Shown in pieces: positions 35,061 to 46,500 of a stretch of DNA of 64,000 bases. The notes beneath the pieces are model-generated. The model saw only the letters and a program-made list of their open reading frames with translations. It was not told the DNA's origin and made no database searches. The number at the start of each line of letters is the position of its first letter. The first letter of the stretch is position 1. Position numbers and translations under genes: made by a program. Location: contig JAAILG010000585.1 of assembly GCA_012026655.1 (NCBI GenBank), positions 1 to 64,000 of the forward strand, given 5' to 3'. Source of the stretch: Hydrolagus affinis (taxonomy: Eukaryota).

Positions 35061-38000
35061 GCCATATGCCCCCTCACCCCCATCCCTCCTCACCCTCATT
35101 ACAGACTGTCACCTCCTCCCCACTGAATGTCACCTGCTCACTCTCACCCCCACCCCCCCACAATCCCAACCCCATGAAAGTACTCCTCATTCTCGACTGC
35201 CAACTCCTCAGTCTGAATATTATCTGGGCATTCCAGGTAAGCACTTCACCGACTACCTGCATTGCAAAGGTATTCAGCATACAACTATTTGTCTAAGGCC
35301 CTCATATGAAGACCTGAATTAAGCAGCTGGTGGCATTAGATTTCGACGTAAAGAACATCAAGATGTTGGATGTTGCAAGCTGTCTTTTAAAGGTCCCCCC
35401 ACCACGCCGAAGCTAGATGTCTTCCAGATAGGTGATGAGGAAACTCTGAGGCTTCCAGCGACAGCTCCTGCAAAGCGTTACCTTATGCCGAGTTCTTATA
35501 TTCTGCACCCAGAATCTACCTTGATTGTCTTCTGGAGAGGTAAGCAACTGCTGGTCAAACTTTGAACCTCCAACTGGTGGAACCATCGCTCAGTGGAAAG
35601 GGACATGTGCCCAATCTACAGGAAGATGCTGGTAATGTTCTCACACGTTGAATCCTGATCTGTGTTGCCCACCAGGAAGCTTGAATGGAGCTCCTGGTAC
35701 CCACAAATCACCAAGTAAGAGCTCCAACTAGATGTCAAACGACTAACTAGTGACTATACTCGAGGGGGGATGGGGGGGTAAGCCACGTCTCCATGGAGAC
35801 AAGGAATTTCGGAATCCAGCCAGCAATCTTTACCAATCTTCGGTAGGCAGTGTTGCAGGCCAAGTACTTCAAGGCATTGCCGATGATAGCACAGCCAGCC
35901 TGACTCATCGGCAGGACGTGAAAGGGCAGACCAGTTTCTGAGGAAAGGAATCTTCTTGTTCAGTGAAAAATTTCTATATATATTTCATCAGTTATTTGGC
36001 CTCATTCCGTCATTGCCTCACCTCTCAGGTTGCCGAACCACTCATACACACATTCATCACCTCAAAGGCTCGATGGAAATTACCCTAACTCATCCAGCCA
36101 CAAGCTCCAGATCATCCAGAACTCATGTTCTCTCCTGCACCAGGCCCCGTGACCCCATCACCTTTGTCGGGCTCCACTGGCCGGGCATTCCAGTTCCTTC
36201 AATAAGGTTCCTGTTCTTATATATTGAAATATAGTTGTGTCTTTTTTAAAAAACTCTTGAGTTGCCTATATACAAATAGCAATCTAAATGCATTCTGGTC
36301 ATATCACAATGATATTTTAAAAAGAGCTGTGGGGTTGGGTCTAAATAAAACATGTACAGTATTTATCTTTCTCCGCATAAACAGAAATCAAGACATTCTA
36401 CTCCTTGAGCTATGGCAGTACTAGGCCCATTTGACCACGAGGAACTACACAAGAGAACTATGGGGTAAATACCTTTTCTTCCCTTCACCATCTCCTTCTT
36501 TTGGATTTGCTTAGCCACCTACATCAGCACAACAGATACCAAGAACTCAGCAGATTAGGGGGTCAAATGTTGATTTCACCGTTCTGGTGTGCTATGTGTT
36601 GGTATTCCAGTATTGTATGTAGCAATGACATATCAGAAAATGAGTTGGAAACCTGAATGTCAATTCTCAACTAAATTATTTCCCAATAACTTATCAGTGA
36701 AGATGGTATGAACATTAAATCTTTGTTAAATTTTTGTCTTCTCTATTTCTGAAATATTAGGAAGAATGATTTGGGAGAGGAAGTTTACTGTTTGGGGTCT
36801 ATTGTTCTAGAATGATGAGTGTCATGATATAAATGCAATTAGTATTCATCCATGTGAATGAAGGATGAAATGAGAGATGTGAACTGGTTGCAGGAAGTGC
36901 AACTGAGTCCCAGTGCTACTGCAGGTGTGGCAGCTAGATGGCCAGTTCTGTAAACGGTGTTGGCAATCTTTTGACAAATCTTGTAACTTTTTTGTGTGAT
37001 AAATTGTGAGATTAACAGAATATGAAACATGATTTTAGTCAATCAAAATACTTTTATTGATCAAATACATTTAATTTTTTCATCAGTATGAAATTACTCT
37101 TGTGCTCTCAGGTCATACAGTGCCTGGAATTGAGGGTCCACCAAGTCCTGCCAATGAGCCAGACTGGCTGATTTGTCAGTATGATTTTAATAGAACAATT
37201 GCAATCTTGTGCTGCATTTGTTAAAAATCCAACAATGTTTTCATTTATTGCTTCATTGGTCACCGAGACCCTGCATTGATACTTGGTATGACACAAGGAT
37301 CACACAAAGGTTACAATTTAAGTTTTAATAGGTTTTGTTTTATGTACAAAGCATTGCCTGAAACAGAAGCAGTTTCTAATAGTGCAATCTTGCATTTTTC
37401 CACTTTGAAGCTTTGAGGCTGCTTTATTTCATAGGGGCTTTCCTGATCATACTTTGCAATGTGAACTTCGTTATTGAACAGATTAGCATTTATCACAGTA
37501 AAATTATGAATTACATTTGCAGTAAATCCCACAATTATTTGTGTTGGAAAAAAATACATTTCATTATTGTTACAATCAATCCTAAAAAAACTAATGTGTA
37601 ATTTATTTTCATTTTGGCCTTCAGGGTGAAAAAATAAAAGTTGTTGTGGCTTTTGTATTAACTTCAAATACCTGGCGATGGTAGTCAGAAATTAAAATAC
37701 TTTTGGTATAATTAAATTAGTTAATTAAAACCAAACTAGTGTTAAAACTCCTTGCTTCAAAACCTTTTACATTTGCTTCATTTTAGTTACTTCCCTGTAA
37801 GCAGAACTAGTAAGCTATTTGAAACAATAAGGTCTCCAAAACAATGGCATACGGTTCCTACAATGGACCTGAATAAAAGCACATCTGGAAAGATTTATTT
37901 CAACTAAGGTTGGCAAGAACATCCAACAATATTGTTTCCATACAGAGTATAACCAGGAAGCTTAATTCAACTAGGGTAAAATGCAGGTTTCATTTATATC

Positions 38001-38379
38001 AACTTTCCAGATATCCATTCAATAACTACATTACATTTTCCGCCAAACCAATCCCTCCCCTTGATGCATGTCCTCTCCCCACAGTAGTCTACTCATTGAA
38101 AAACAGCTTAGTTTCAAAAATAAATCCCTTCCATGGGTTCCATTTACATGATTGTACATTCATGGCAAATTACTGTATTGACTTTCAGCTGCAGGAAGTT
38201 ATTATAGCTCACCCAGGACTTGATGTCAAATTAGGCAGTCAGTCAGCAACAGTACTGGAATCGAGGTAATAGTAGAATCAAGTACCAGTAAAATATACAG
38301 TAGTCTAATTTACACAACAGATTGGGGGGGAAAACAAAGTCCACGAATCACAAAGAGACCAAATAAAACATGTTGAGGG

Positions 38380-39000
38380 ATGTGAAAGCCAATGGCTGAG
38401 AGCAACGCATGCGCACTGGTGCCAGAGTTTGGATATACGGGGAGAGGGAGGGGGCCTGGGAGCGGCACCACGTGATATGATGACGCGAGCGACTGCACGA
38501 CGGAGAGTGGGGAGGGCTGGGACCAGCGGCGCGTGACGTCATGACGCAGAACGAGAGCGCGCGGAGGTGAGGGGCCTGAGACTACGTGACGTCATTACGT
38601 AAAAGGAGAGCGAGTGAGGGAAGAGAAGAGGCGCGGAGCCCGGCGAGATCTCGCGAGTTGTGGCCAGGATCCCGTGCGATTGGCCCTCAGTGAGAAGTCG
38701 CCCTGGTGGTAAGTTTGTAAACAACGTTAAAGGGCAGAGAGCCGCGGCCTCCGGGGAGGCGAGGGGAGAGGGAGTGTTTGTGTATGATAATGATAGCCAG
38801 CGGCCGGTATCAAAACATCTGCACCGAACCGAGCAGCAAGCAGAGGGCCCGGAGGTGGGTGTGTTCGCCGACGTTTACATGTTAATATGGCGACGCTCGG
38901 TTGTTGTGGTGGTTAACTCGGTGCCGCCGACAGCTGCACTGCAAAGGATGTCTGTACCGTCCGCCCCCCACTTCGTGCCTCTGATGAAAACGGCGGAGGT
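38380..39000 (+). promoter_or_regulatory. ATF2: ATF2 CpG-island promoter
   Basis: CCAAT 38389-38393, NRF1-like ACGCATGCGCA 38405-38415, CACGTG 38469-38474, full CREs TGACGTCA 38534-38541 and 38587-38594, TTACGTAA 38595-38602, TCTCGCGAG 38649-38657, YY1-like AATATGGCG 38884-38892. Confidence 0.85.
38610..38708 (+). other. ATF2: ATF2 non-coding exon 1 (start approximate)
   Basis: Consensus donor GTG|GTAAGT at 38709 just downstream of the CRE cluster; TSS position inferred. Confidence 0.6.
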
Positions 39001-39181
39001 TTGACTGACAAGGCAGACCTGTTTTCAAGAGGGTGTATGTGTGTGTGATCGCGGTGCTATCACGTTACAAACACAGACAGGTACATCTGTTTGTATGGGA
39101 TGAGCGGCCTAAATGAGCGAGAAGCTGGCCTGTGCCCCGTTTCCGAGGCAGCAGCAGACTGTGAGCATCTCACTCCTGGTG

Positions 39182-39350
39182 CAATTTGACTGTTTGTGGG
39201 ACGTTGCTGAGCGCAATTGGCTGCCGCGTTTCGCCCACATAATAATATACAGTCACTACAGTTTATACTGTAGTCTGTGAAGCGCTTTGAGACGTCTCCG
39301 AGATGTGATGAGGGGCCATATCAAATGCAAGGTTTATTGTTCTTATTATT
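39182..39350 (+). mobile_element. SINE 3' part, same family, in ATF2 intron 1
   Basis: GTGGGACGTTGCTGAGCGCAATTGGCTGCCGCGTTTCGCCCAC...ATCAAATGCAAGG. Confidence 0.75.
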
Positions 39351-40192
39351 AATGTTATTTAATTGTAGGGAGAGATGGAGCATTATAAGTGAAGACTTTT
39401 TTATGAGAGCAGGCAGTCCTCCCTCCCACCCCCTTCCCGTGCTACAACGAGCATTATTTGTATTCCATGGTACTGTATTCTATACAATGTGGTTACTGAG
39501 ATTGAAAGTACAGTATTGTAGATGTTTATTAGGAAATTCGTTAGCTGTTGCTGTTGGGTATATATGTTGTCTATGCATGAAAGCACATGAGAATGGAATT
39601 AATTTATGTTCTCCAGAAAGTAAAAAATATTTTAAAAGTATATATTTCTTAATCCCCAACAAACATTTGTGAGATATCTTTATGATTCAAATGAATGCAT
39701 TACTGTGATTGAAATCGTATATCATAATTTAAATTGAGAATCTAAGCCAAGTAGCTGACAATAAATATGATGGACAGCCAATATAATAGAAACTAAACGG
39801 TGCTTTTTTGAAGAAAAATTGTTTTTTGAAAACAGGCTGCATATGATCTTTTTCCTCTCAAAAAAGCCCTATGTACTATGCACTATATCTTTGTTTGCGC
39901 AATGACTGCCATTCGAGGAGGGAGGCAAGTAGGGTCTCTTTGAAACCAGACTGGCAGTAAGGTGAATAGTGCATCTTAATTTAAATCCTTGTTGGACAAG
40001 CAGTGGGAAACTTGCTGGAAAGTGCTCTTCATGACAAGCTGTGTGATTTTTAGCTAGTCAAGCTATAGCAATATCCGAACACAAAATCTAGGGACTCTAA
40101 GCTTTGTTTCTTGCCAGCATGTACCAAATGCACTCTGGAATTAAACAAGGTGTGTACCTCTGGGGGAAGAGAGTGTGAATTCTATTCTAGAC

Positions 40193-40597
40193 TAGGGTCC
40201 GTCGATATGGCAATTTTCCGATATTGATATATCGGTTTGCCCATATATATCGATATCGCGTTTTTTTCTGTCATGCGCACACGCATTCCAGTGTGCGCGC
40301 GCATTCGGATATCGACAAGGTAAGTTGAAAAAGTCTGCATTTTACCGATATATCAATATATCGTTGGAAACGATATATCGATATTTGAGATATATCGATT
40401 TTTTTTAGATATATCCAATGTTTTGATATATCGATATTTTTAAAATTCCGATATCGGCATATCGATATGAAAATTATATCGGATATAACCGCTAATAAAA
40501 TTATATTGGAAAGAAGCACTCTGAGCTGCCGTCCGGCGTGGAGGGCGCTATATAAATCAAGGTTGTTGTTGATATTTTGATATATCGCTGGACCCTA
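40193..40597 (-). mobile_element. hAT-type MITE, copy C (inverted relative to A and B)
   Basis: TIRs TAGGGTCC...GGACCCTA; perfect 8-bp TSD TTCTAGAC; contains an inserted LINE-type tail. Confidence 0.9.
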
Positions 40598-42582
40598 TTC
40601 TAGACACATGGATATTTCTGTGTACAGGTGGCATACATATATGAAACTCTCAGACTGGTTTGGATACTCATGCATGGTAATGGGTTTCCACATATGTCAG
40701 ACATCAAGCTGACCCCCAAAAAGTTTGCATTTAAAAGTATTATATGGCCTGATTTTTTTTGCTCCCACAGGTTCAGATTAAGTAGATGAATTAACTTGTT
40801 GGATAAATCTGTTCAGAATTTAGTAATGTGACCTTAGGCCAACAGTACCCTTTTTATTCACTAAAATACATTACATTTTCGACTTTTGTTTTACACAGTA
40901 ACTGAAAGCTATTGGTCTTGTGCTTGCACAAAACTCTTTACCATAGCTTCAAAGTATGACTTGTCTGAGTACATGAACACAAGGTCTTGTCCCACAGTAT
41001 GTACCTTTAAAATCGCATATCTTATTTAGTGCACGAAAACAGTTATTATCTGACTTCTAAAGCTATTTTTAAGATGAGAGCACCCAAAACTGCCATGGAA
41101 TGCAACATTTATGTACAACCACTTGGGAAGACAGAGAATCATGACAATCTATGGTACTCCGGTAGTAATGTAAATCCACCTTTTAAAAACACAGCCATCA
41201 TTAATAAACTGAAATGTTCAGCAAATTGTCAGCTTGCAAGAATCAGTGGATTTTATTTAACCTAATTTGACAGATGTAAATATTTTGTCTGAATTTGTTA
41301 ACCAATTAAATAATGTATATAGCTGCATAACAAATAACATTTGTACAGCTTTGGGATGTCCACCTTTTTTTGGCTAGAATGCAGTACAAGATAATATATC
41401 AGGAGTTTTTTTTGAAAAAAACTGACAGACTTGTTGAAAGGAGAGAATAAAATAGGATTTGTTGTGACTTCAACTCAACATTGTGGCTAGCAAAATAAAT
41501 CTACAGATTTAGGTTTTGTGTCATCAGACTATATCTTGTATGGCTTTTATGTAATTTATCAAAGAAATTGATTTTAAAATACTCAGATTTGTTGTCTTGA
41601 CATGCAATTTGTATGTTTCACAATTTCTTCCTAAGTACTGTACAGTATATTGTGCAGAAATAAGTTGCTATTTATACAGAGAACGTATTCAGATACTGTA
41701 TATTGAATTAGGACAAAACAAAAGGTCCAATGTGTTAGATTGTTGGTCTTGTAATCTCAGTAGAACATAAACATCTGTCGCTTGTCACAAATAACAGTGC
41801 CTGTCATTTGGTCTTTCATTAGTTCCAATTATTAGCATTGGAACACACTGTGTCCTCTTATGACTGTTAAGCTATTTTATTAGTGTCTTCCTATCAGAAA
41901 AATGTACTGTATAGTTCAAAGGAAAAGTTACAACTTGCAAATATTTAACATGGAATGTTTTGTACAATGTATATCGGTGCACGGTATATTGATGCCCTAA
42001 CAGTCTATTGAACAGTGTGGGAAAATACTAGTTCATGCTCGGAATTACTTCCCACACTGACTTCCCGATTTAAGCCATTCCGCCGTTGAGAGGTGGCAAG
42101 TGGAAGCTGAGTGCTTCTCTGCAGGAAGATAGTGAAAATTGGAGTCACCTATACATTTACTTAATGGGTAGAGCTCCATAATTGCCCTCAGCACTTTAGG
42201 TTACAGAGGGAAAATTACTCCCGAGTTCTCATATCCAATGACCTCTGCTGATATGTGCTAGCTAGACAAACAGCAGGAGGCTTGCCGGTCAGTGCAGTGC
42301 TCTCAATGGCAATCTATGCAATTTAGTTGGTTAAACCCAATGGGGTTCCTAAGCCTTGGCTAATGCCAATCTGCGCCTAAGCCAAATACACTCCAGAATC
42401 ACTTAAGTCGGGGGCGTCCCTCCAGGAAGAGTGTGCATTCCTTTCCAGATACAGGCCAATTCAATGTAGAAGTGCACATGTGGAGTTCTGTCTGGTTTAG
42501 CTCTCTTAATCGTGATAATGGGTTTTTGCATGTGCCAGACACCCAGCTGACCCAAAAGAAATTGCATGAGGTTAAGATTGTA

Positions 42583-42795
42583 CAGTAAAAGCCTGTTTAT
42601 CCGTGACCCAATCAACCGTAACTTCCGTATAACCGGCACCTCAAAAAAAAAGTCCCCATTCTATTAATCGGAATTTATCCGGCACAATGTATTTTTTTAA
42701 AATTAATTAATTAATTAATTTTTGTGTTTTCGGCCGAGTATCGGCACACGGCATTGGCTAGGTCCCGAGGGTGCATGATAAACAGGCTTTTATTG
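42583..42795 (+). mobile_element. Tc1/mariner-Tigger-type MITE, second copy
   Basis: TA|CAGTAAAAGCCTGTTTATC...GATAAACAGGCTTTTATTG|TA; colinear with 26787-26996. Confidence 0.82.
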
Positions 42796-43456
42796 TACTT
42801 GGTTCTTTCCTTTCACATTTGTGTACATCATGTTGAGACTTATTGATCAATATCATATTGAGACCAAAAATGTATGAGAGAGTTGAAGAAAATTGTAAAT
42901 AAGATAATTACTTCATTATCATGCAGATCTAATCAAATGCATAAGGCGCATTCATCTAGATTTTATTTGACTGAGTAATAAATAAGCCACATACAGCGGT
43001 ATTTTGTGCTGACTAAACCAGAAAATGGATCGATTTGCTACAGTTGGGCACATTACTGTGGATTAGGTAGAAAAACATTTCTGATCCCTTTCCAGCAAAA
43101 CAAAATAGTACTGGCAGCTGATCCGATTTTTTCACTCTTTAGAAATTGTAGGGGATTGCAGCGTGGGTTAGAATGCGTTTTTACATTTGGGCTTATCATT
43201 TGGGACAGTATCCAGACGAGACTGACTTAATATAACTTTTCCTTTTGCTGGCACTAAGGACCCTACAAATTTCCAAGTGGATCTGGACAGTTTCAGTCCA
43301 TTTCCTAACCAGTATGAGTCAATCACACAGAAGTGTTTATATATTGTCAACAATTGGATTGTGTATCTGTTTTTAATTGCAAGTGGTTTCCATATTTTTT
43401 AAGAATACGCTTATGTATTGAATTGTTAATACAGGTGAAACGAGGATTCACTGAAC

Positions 43457-43504
43457 ATGAGTGATGATAGACCCTTTGTATGCACCGCTCCTGGATGTGG
43501 CCAG
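43457..43504 (+). CDS. ATF2: ATF2 first coding exon (exon starts 43435, ATG 43457)
   Basis: MSDDRPFVCTAPGCGQ; acceptor aatacag|GTG, donor CAG|GTAGTT. Confidence 0.93.
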
Positions 43505-46500
43505 GTAGTTAAAGATTTTTTAAATCTTTAATCCTATAATGGCATGTAAAATGGAATCATAAGATAAATGCCAATTTTATAAAGCTATCCCACACCCTCA
43601 AGTTTCATGGATAGTGGATGTTTACCATTTTGTTTCTTTTTTCATTGTATTTTACTTCCACGTGTGTAATGTATGTGTCATTCTAAACATGTTTAGTAAC
43701 AAATAAGAGAGATCTGGTTGTCAGAGGGGGTGGAATATTGTCCTCTTATTTTTTGAAACTTAGCTTTCAATTCAGCACAAACCAATGGAATAAAATGGTC
43801 TGTCAGATAACTAAAGACTCAACAGTATGTGAATTATTTCATATTTCTACACCCTTGTCTTAGTGGGAAGCCCACAACACAAACATTACTTAATTCATAA
43901 TATTTAATTGGTAGTTAATTTAATTGAGTGACCATACATTGCAGCAAACAAGAACATCACATTTGGGGCAGTTTTAAAGGTGGATGAATAATTTTATACC
44001 ATTCGGATAAAACTTGTTTTGTGTCAAAATCGCCCTGTTAAACTGTCATCGTTAAAACCAAAGGCTGTAAAAGAAGAATCTGTAATGTGTTTTAACATTT
44101 TGAATGGTTGATTTAAAAAAAAATTAAGGATTTTATTGAATGTTTTGTGTGGATTGTTCTCTGAATAAATTAAACTTGTTCCAGCGCTTCACGAATGAGG
44201 ATCACTTGGCTGTTCACAAGCACAAACATGAGATGACATTAAAGTTTGGTCCAGCACGTAATGACAGTGTCATAGTAGCTGGTTAGTATCCATTTATTTT
44301 CCACCGTGCCCTGTACCATAAACTCTAAAATAATGATCGGTTTAAACAGCACCAAAATTACACTTGTATAGCCCCTTTCACATCAGGAGGATGTCCCAAG
44401 GCATTGTTTCAGACCCGAGCTGGGGAAGGTTGAGGGAAAGTGGAGGGGGGATTTGGGGTGATCGATGGGACCATCGAAGAGGAGGGTCTTGAGGCGGCAC
44501 TTGAAGGATGCCAGGGAGGCGACAAGGCGGAGGGACTGTGGGATGGAGTTCCAGAGGTTGGGGGCCGAGTGGCTGAAGGCTCGCCTGCCATCGGTGGAGC
44601 GGGTGGGTTGGGGGATGTGGAGCAGGCTGGGCAGGTTGGTAGGAGGTTACGAGGTCGCAGATGTAGGGTGGGGCGAGGCAGTGGAGGGCTTTGAATTTGA
44701 GGACCAAAATCTTGAATTGGATCCTCTGGGTGATGGGGAGCCAGTGGAGTTGGGGGAGATGGGGGACACGAAGCTTGGAGCGGTAGAGGACATGGGTCGC
44801 AGAGTTCTGGATTATCTGCAACCTATGGAAAGAGGAATTGGGAAGGCCAACAAGCAGCGTATTGGCGTAGTGGAGCCGGCATGTGATGAAGGCGTGAATG
44901 AGGGTTTCAGTGGCCTTGGGGATGAGGTAATGGCAGAATGGGCAATATTGTGGAGGTGAGGGAATCACATACATCGATTATAGATGTTAAAACATAAATA
45001 TGCTTCTCATATGGCCAATGATTTACAGCTAGTAAATTTTATGGAAGTTTATTTTTATATAACGATAATAGTAATCCGTATAATTTAATTTGGCAATCCC
45101 ATCCATTGTGCAACATAATGGTAAATATTCAAGACTGATACTAATCATTTGTTACAGAATCCATAGTATTACAATACTGTCTAAATATTATGATAAAGCA
45201 AGTTTGATGAAACGTAATTGTAGAGGAATTCCTTTTGTGATGTAAGGACCATTTATATTGGTTTCTCATATGCATTTATAGCAATGCATTGTATTTTAAC
45301 ACTTGCTACTGTGTACTGAAAATGGTGCTAAAATAAACGTGTGCTGATTTATCTTTGTAGACCAAACTCCAACTCCAACTCGTTTCCTTAAGAATTGTGA
45401 AGAGGTAGGGTTATTTAATGAACTGGCAAGTCCATTTGAACATGAATTTAAGAAGGCTTCAGAAGATGACATCAAAAAGGTGTGTATCGGAACTGTGAAA
45501 ACATGTTTGAGTTTGGCAACTTTTGTTAATGTTCAGAATTAATTCAGTGGTGATTAATTCACTCGTGTGGTGAGTTGTGGTTTTAAGCCCCTATTGGGAC
45601 TTGAGTTTATAGTTGTGGCTGACACTGTAGTGCATTACTGGGGGATTGCTACATTATTGATGGAGTTGTCTTTTAGATAAAGTTTTGTTTGCCTGTTCTT
45701 CAGGTTGATGGTAAAGGAAAGGGAACTTTTCCTGGTATCTTGAATAACACTTCTCCAGAGTAATTGGTCACACCATGCTATATATTGGAATTTACTGGCC
45801 TAATTTGTCTATATATATCAAAGTTGTTGTTGTCTACAAAACAGGTTATCAAACACTTGACAGTAATTACCTGTGAAGAGGTTTGAGATGTTTCAATGCA
45901 ATCAGGAGTCTCGCCATATAAAGCCACTATAAAAATGCAAGTTGTTGCTTTGTTTTTTTCTGAATTCACAGATGCCATTGGATATGTCACCACTTGCATT
46001 ACCACCAATTAGAGCTAAAGTAGAGGAAACAGCCACTGTGGAAACCACTCATCAGAACAGTCCCCTGCCTCACCCGGAGTCAACCACCAATGACGAGAAG
46101 GTCTCAAATTTTCTTCTATAAAAGTCAAAAATAGAAAAAAGGGAGTTACACTATTTCTCTTATAAAACAGATTGGGTTCAGTTTACAAGAGAAAAAACTG
46201 TGAAGTTCAAATATGTGTTTCTCAGTGCAAAACTAAGGACAGTAGAGAAGATCAGGAAACCGATCAAGGCTAAGTGAAGTGTAGTCAAATAATATCTAAG
46301 ATTGAACATTTATGAAATGGATGTACTTTGCAAGAATCAAATGCGTATACTTTTCAGACTACATTGACATTGTTTATAGCAGCAGCTTGATTCCCAGATG
46401 TGTCTTCTGGAAATGAAAATGTTTCATTGGAAATCCCATATAAAAGAATTCTGTAGGGTTTAATTTATGTGTCTAAAAATGTTGTTGACATTGGTCGTTA

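Noticed and set aside
35415-35445. YLEDI as a reverse-transcriptase YxDD motif
   Set aside because: The motif is imperfect, is followed immediately by a stop and has no other RT motifs in frame; kept only as part of an unexplained segment.
44378-44974. 198-aa ORF as a host gene
   Set aside because: It is an L2 LINE ORF2 C-terminal remnant with a frameshifted tail.
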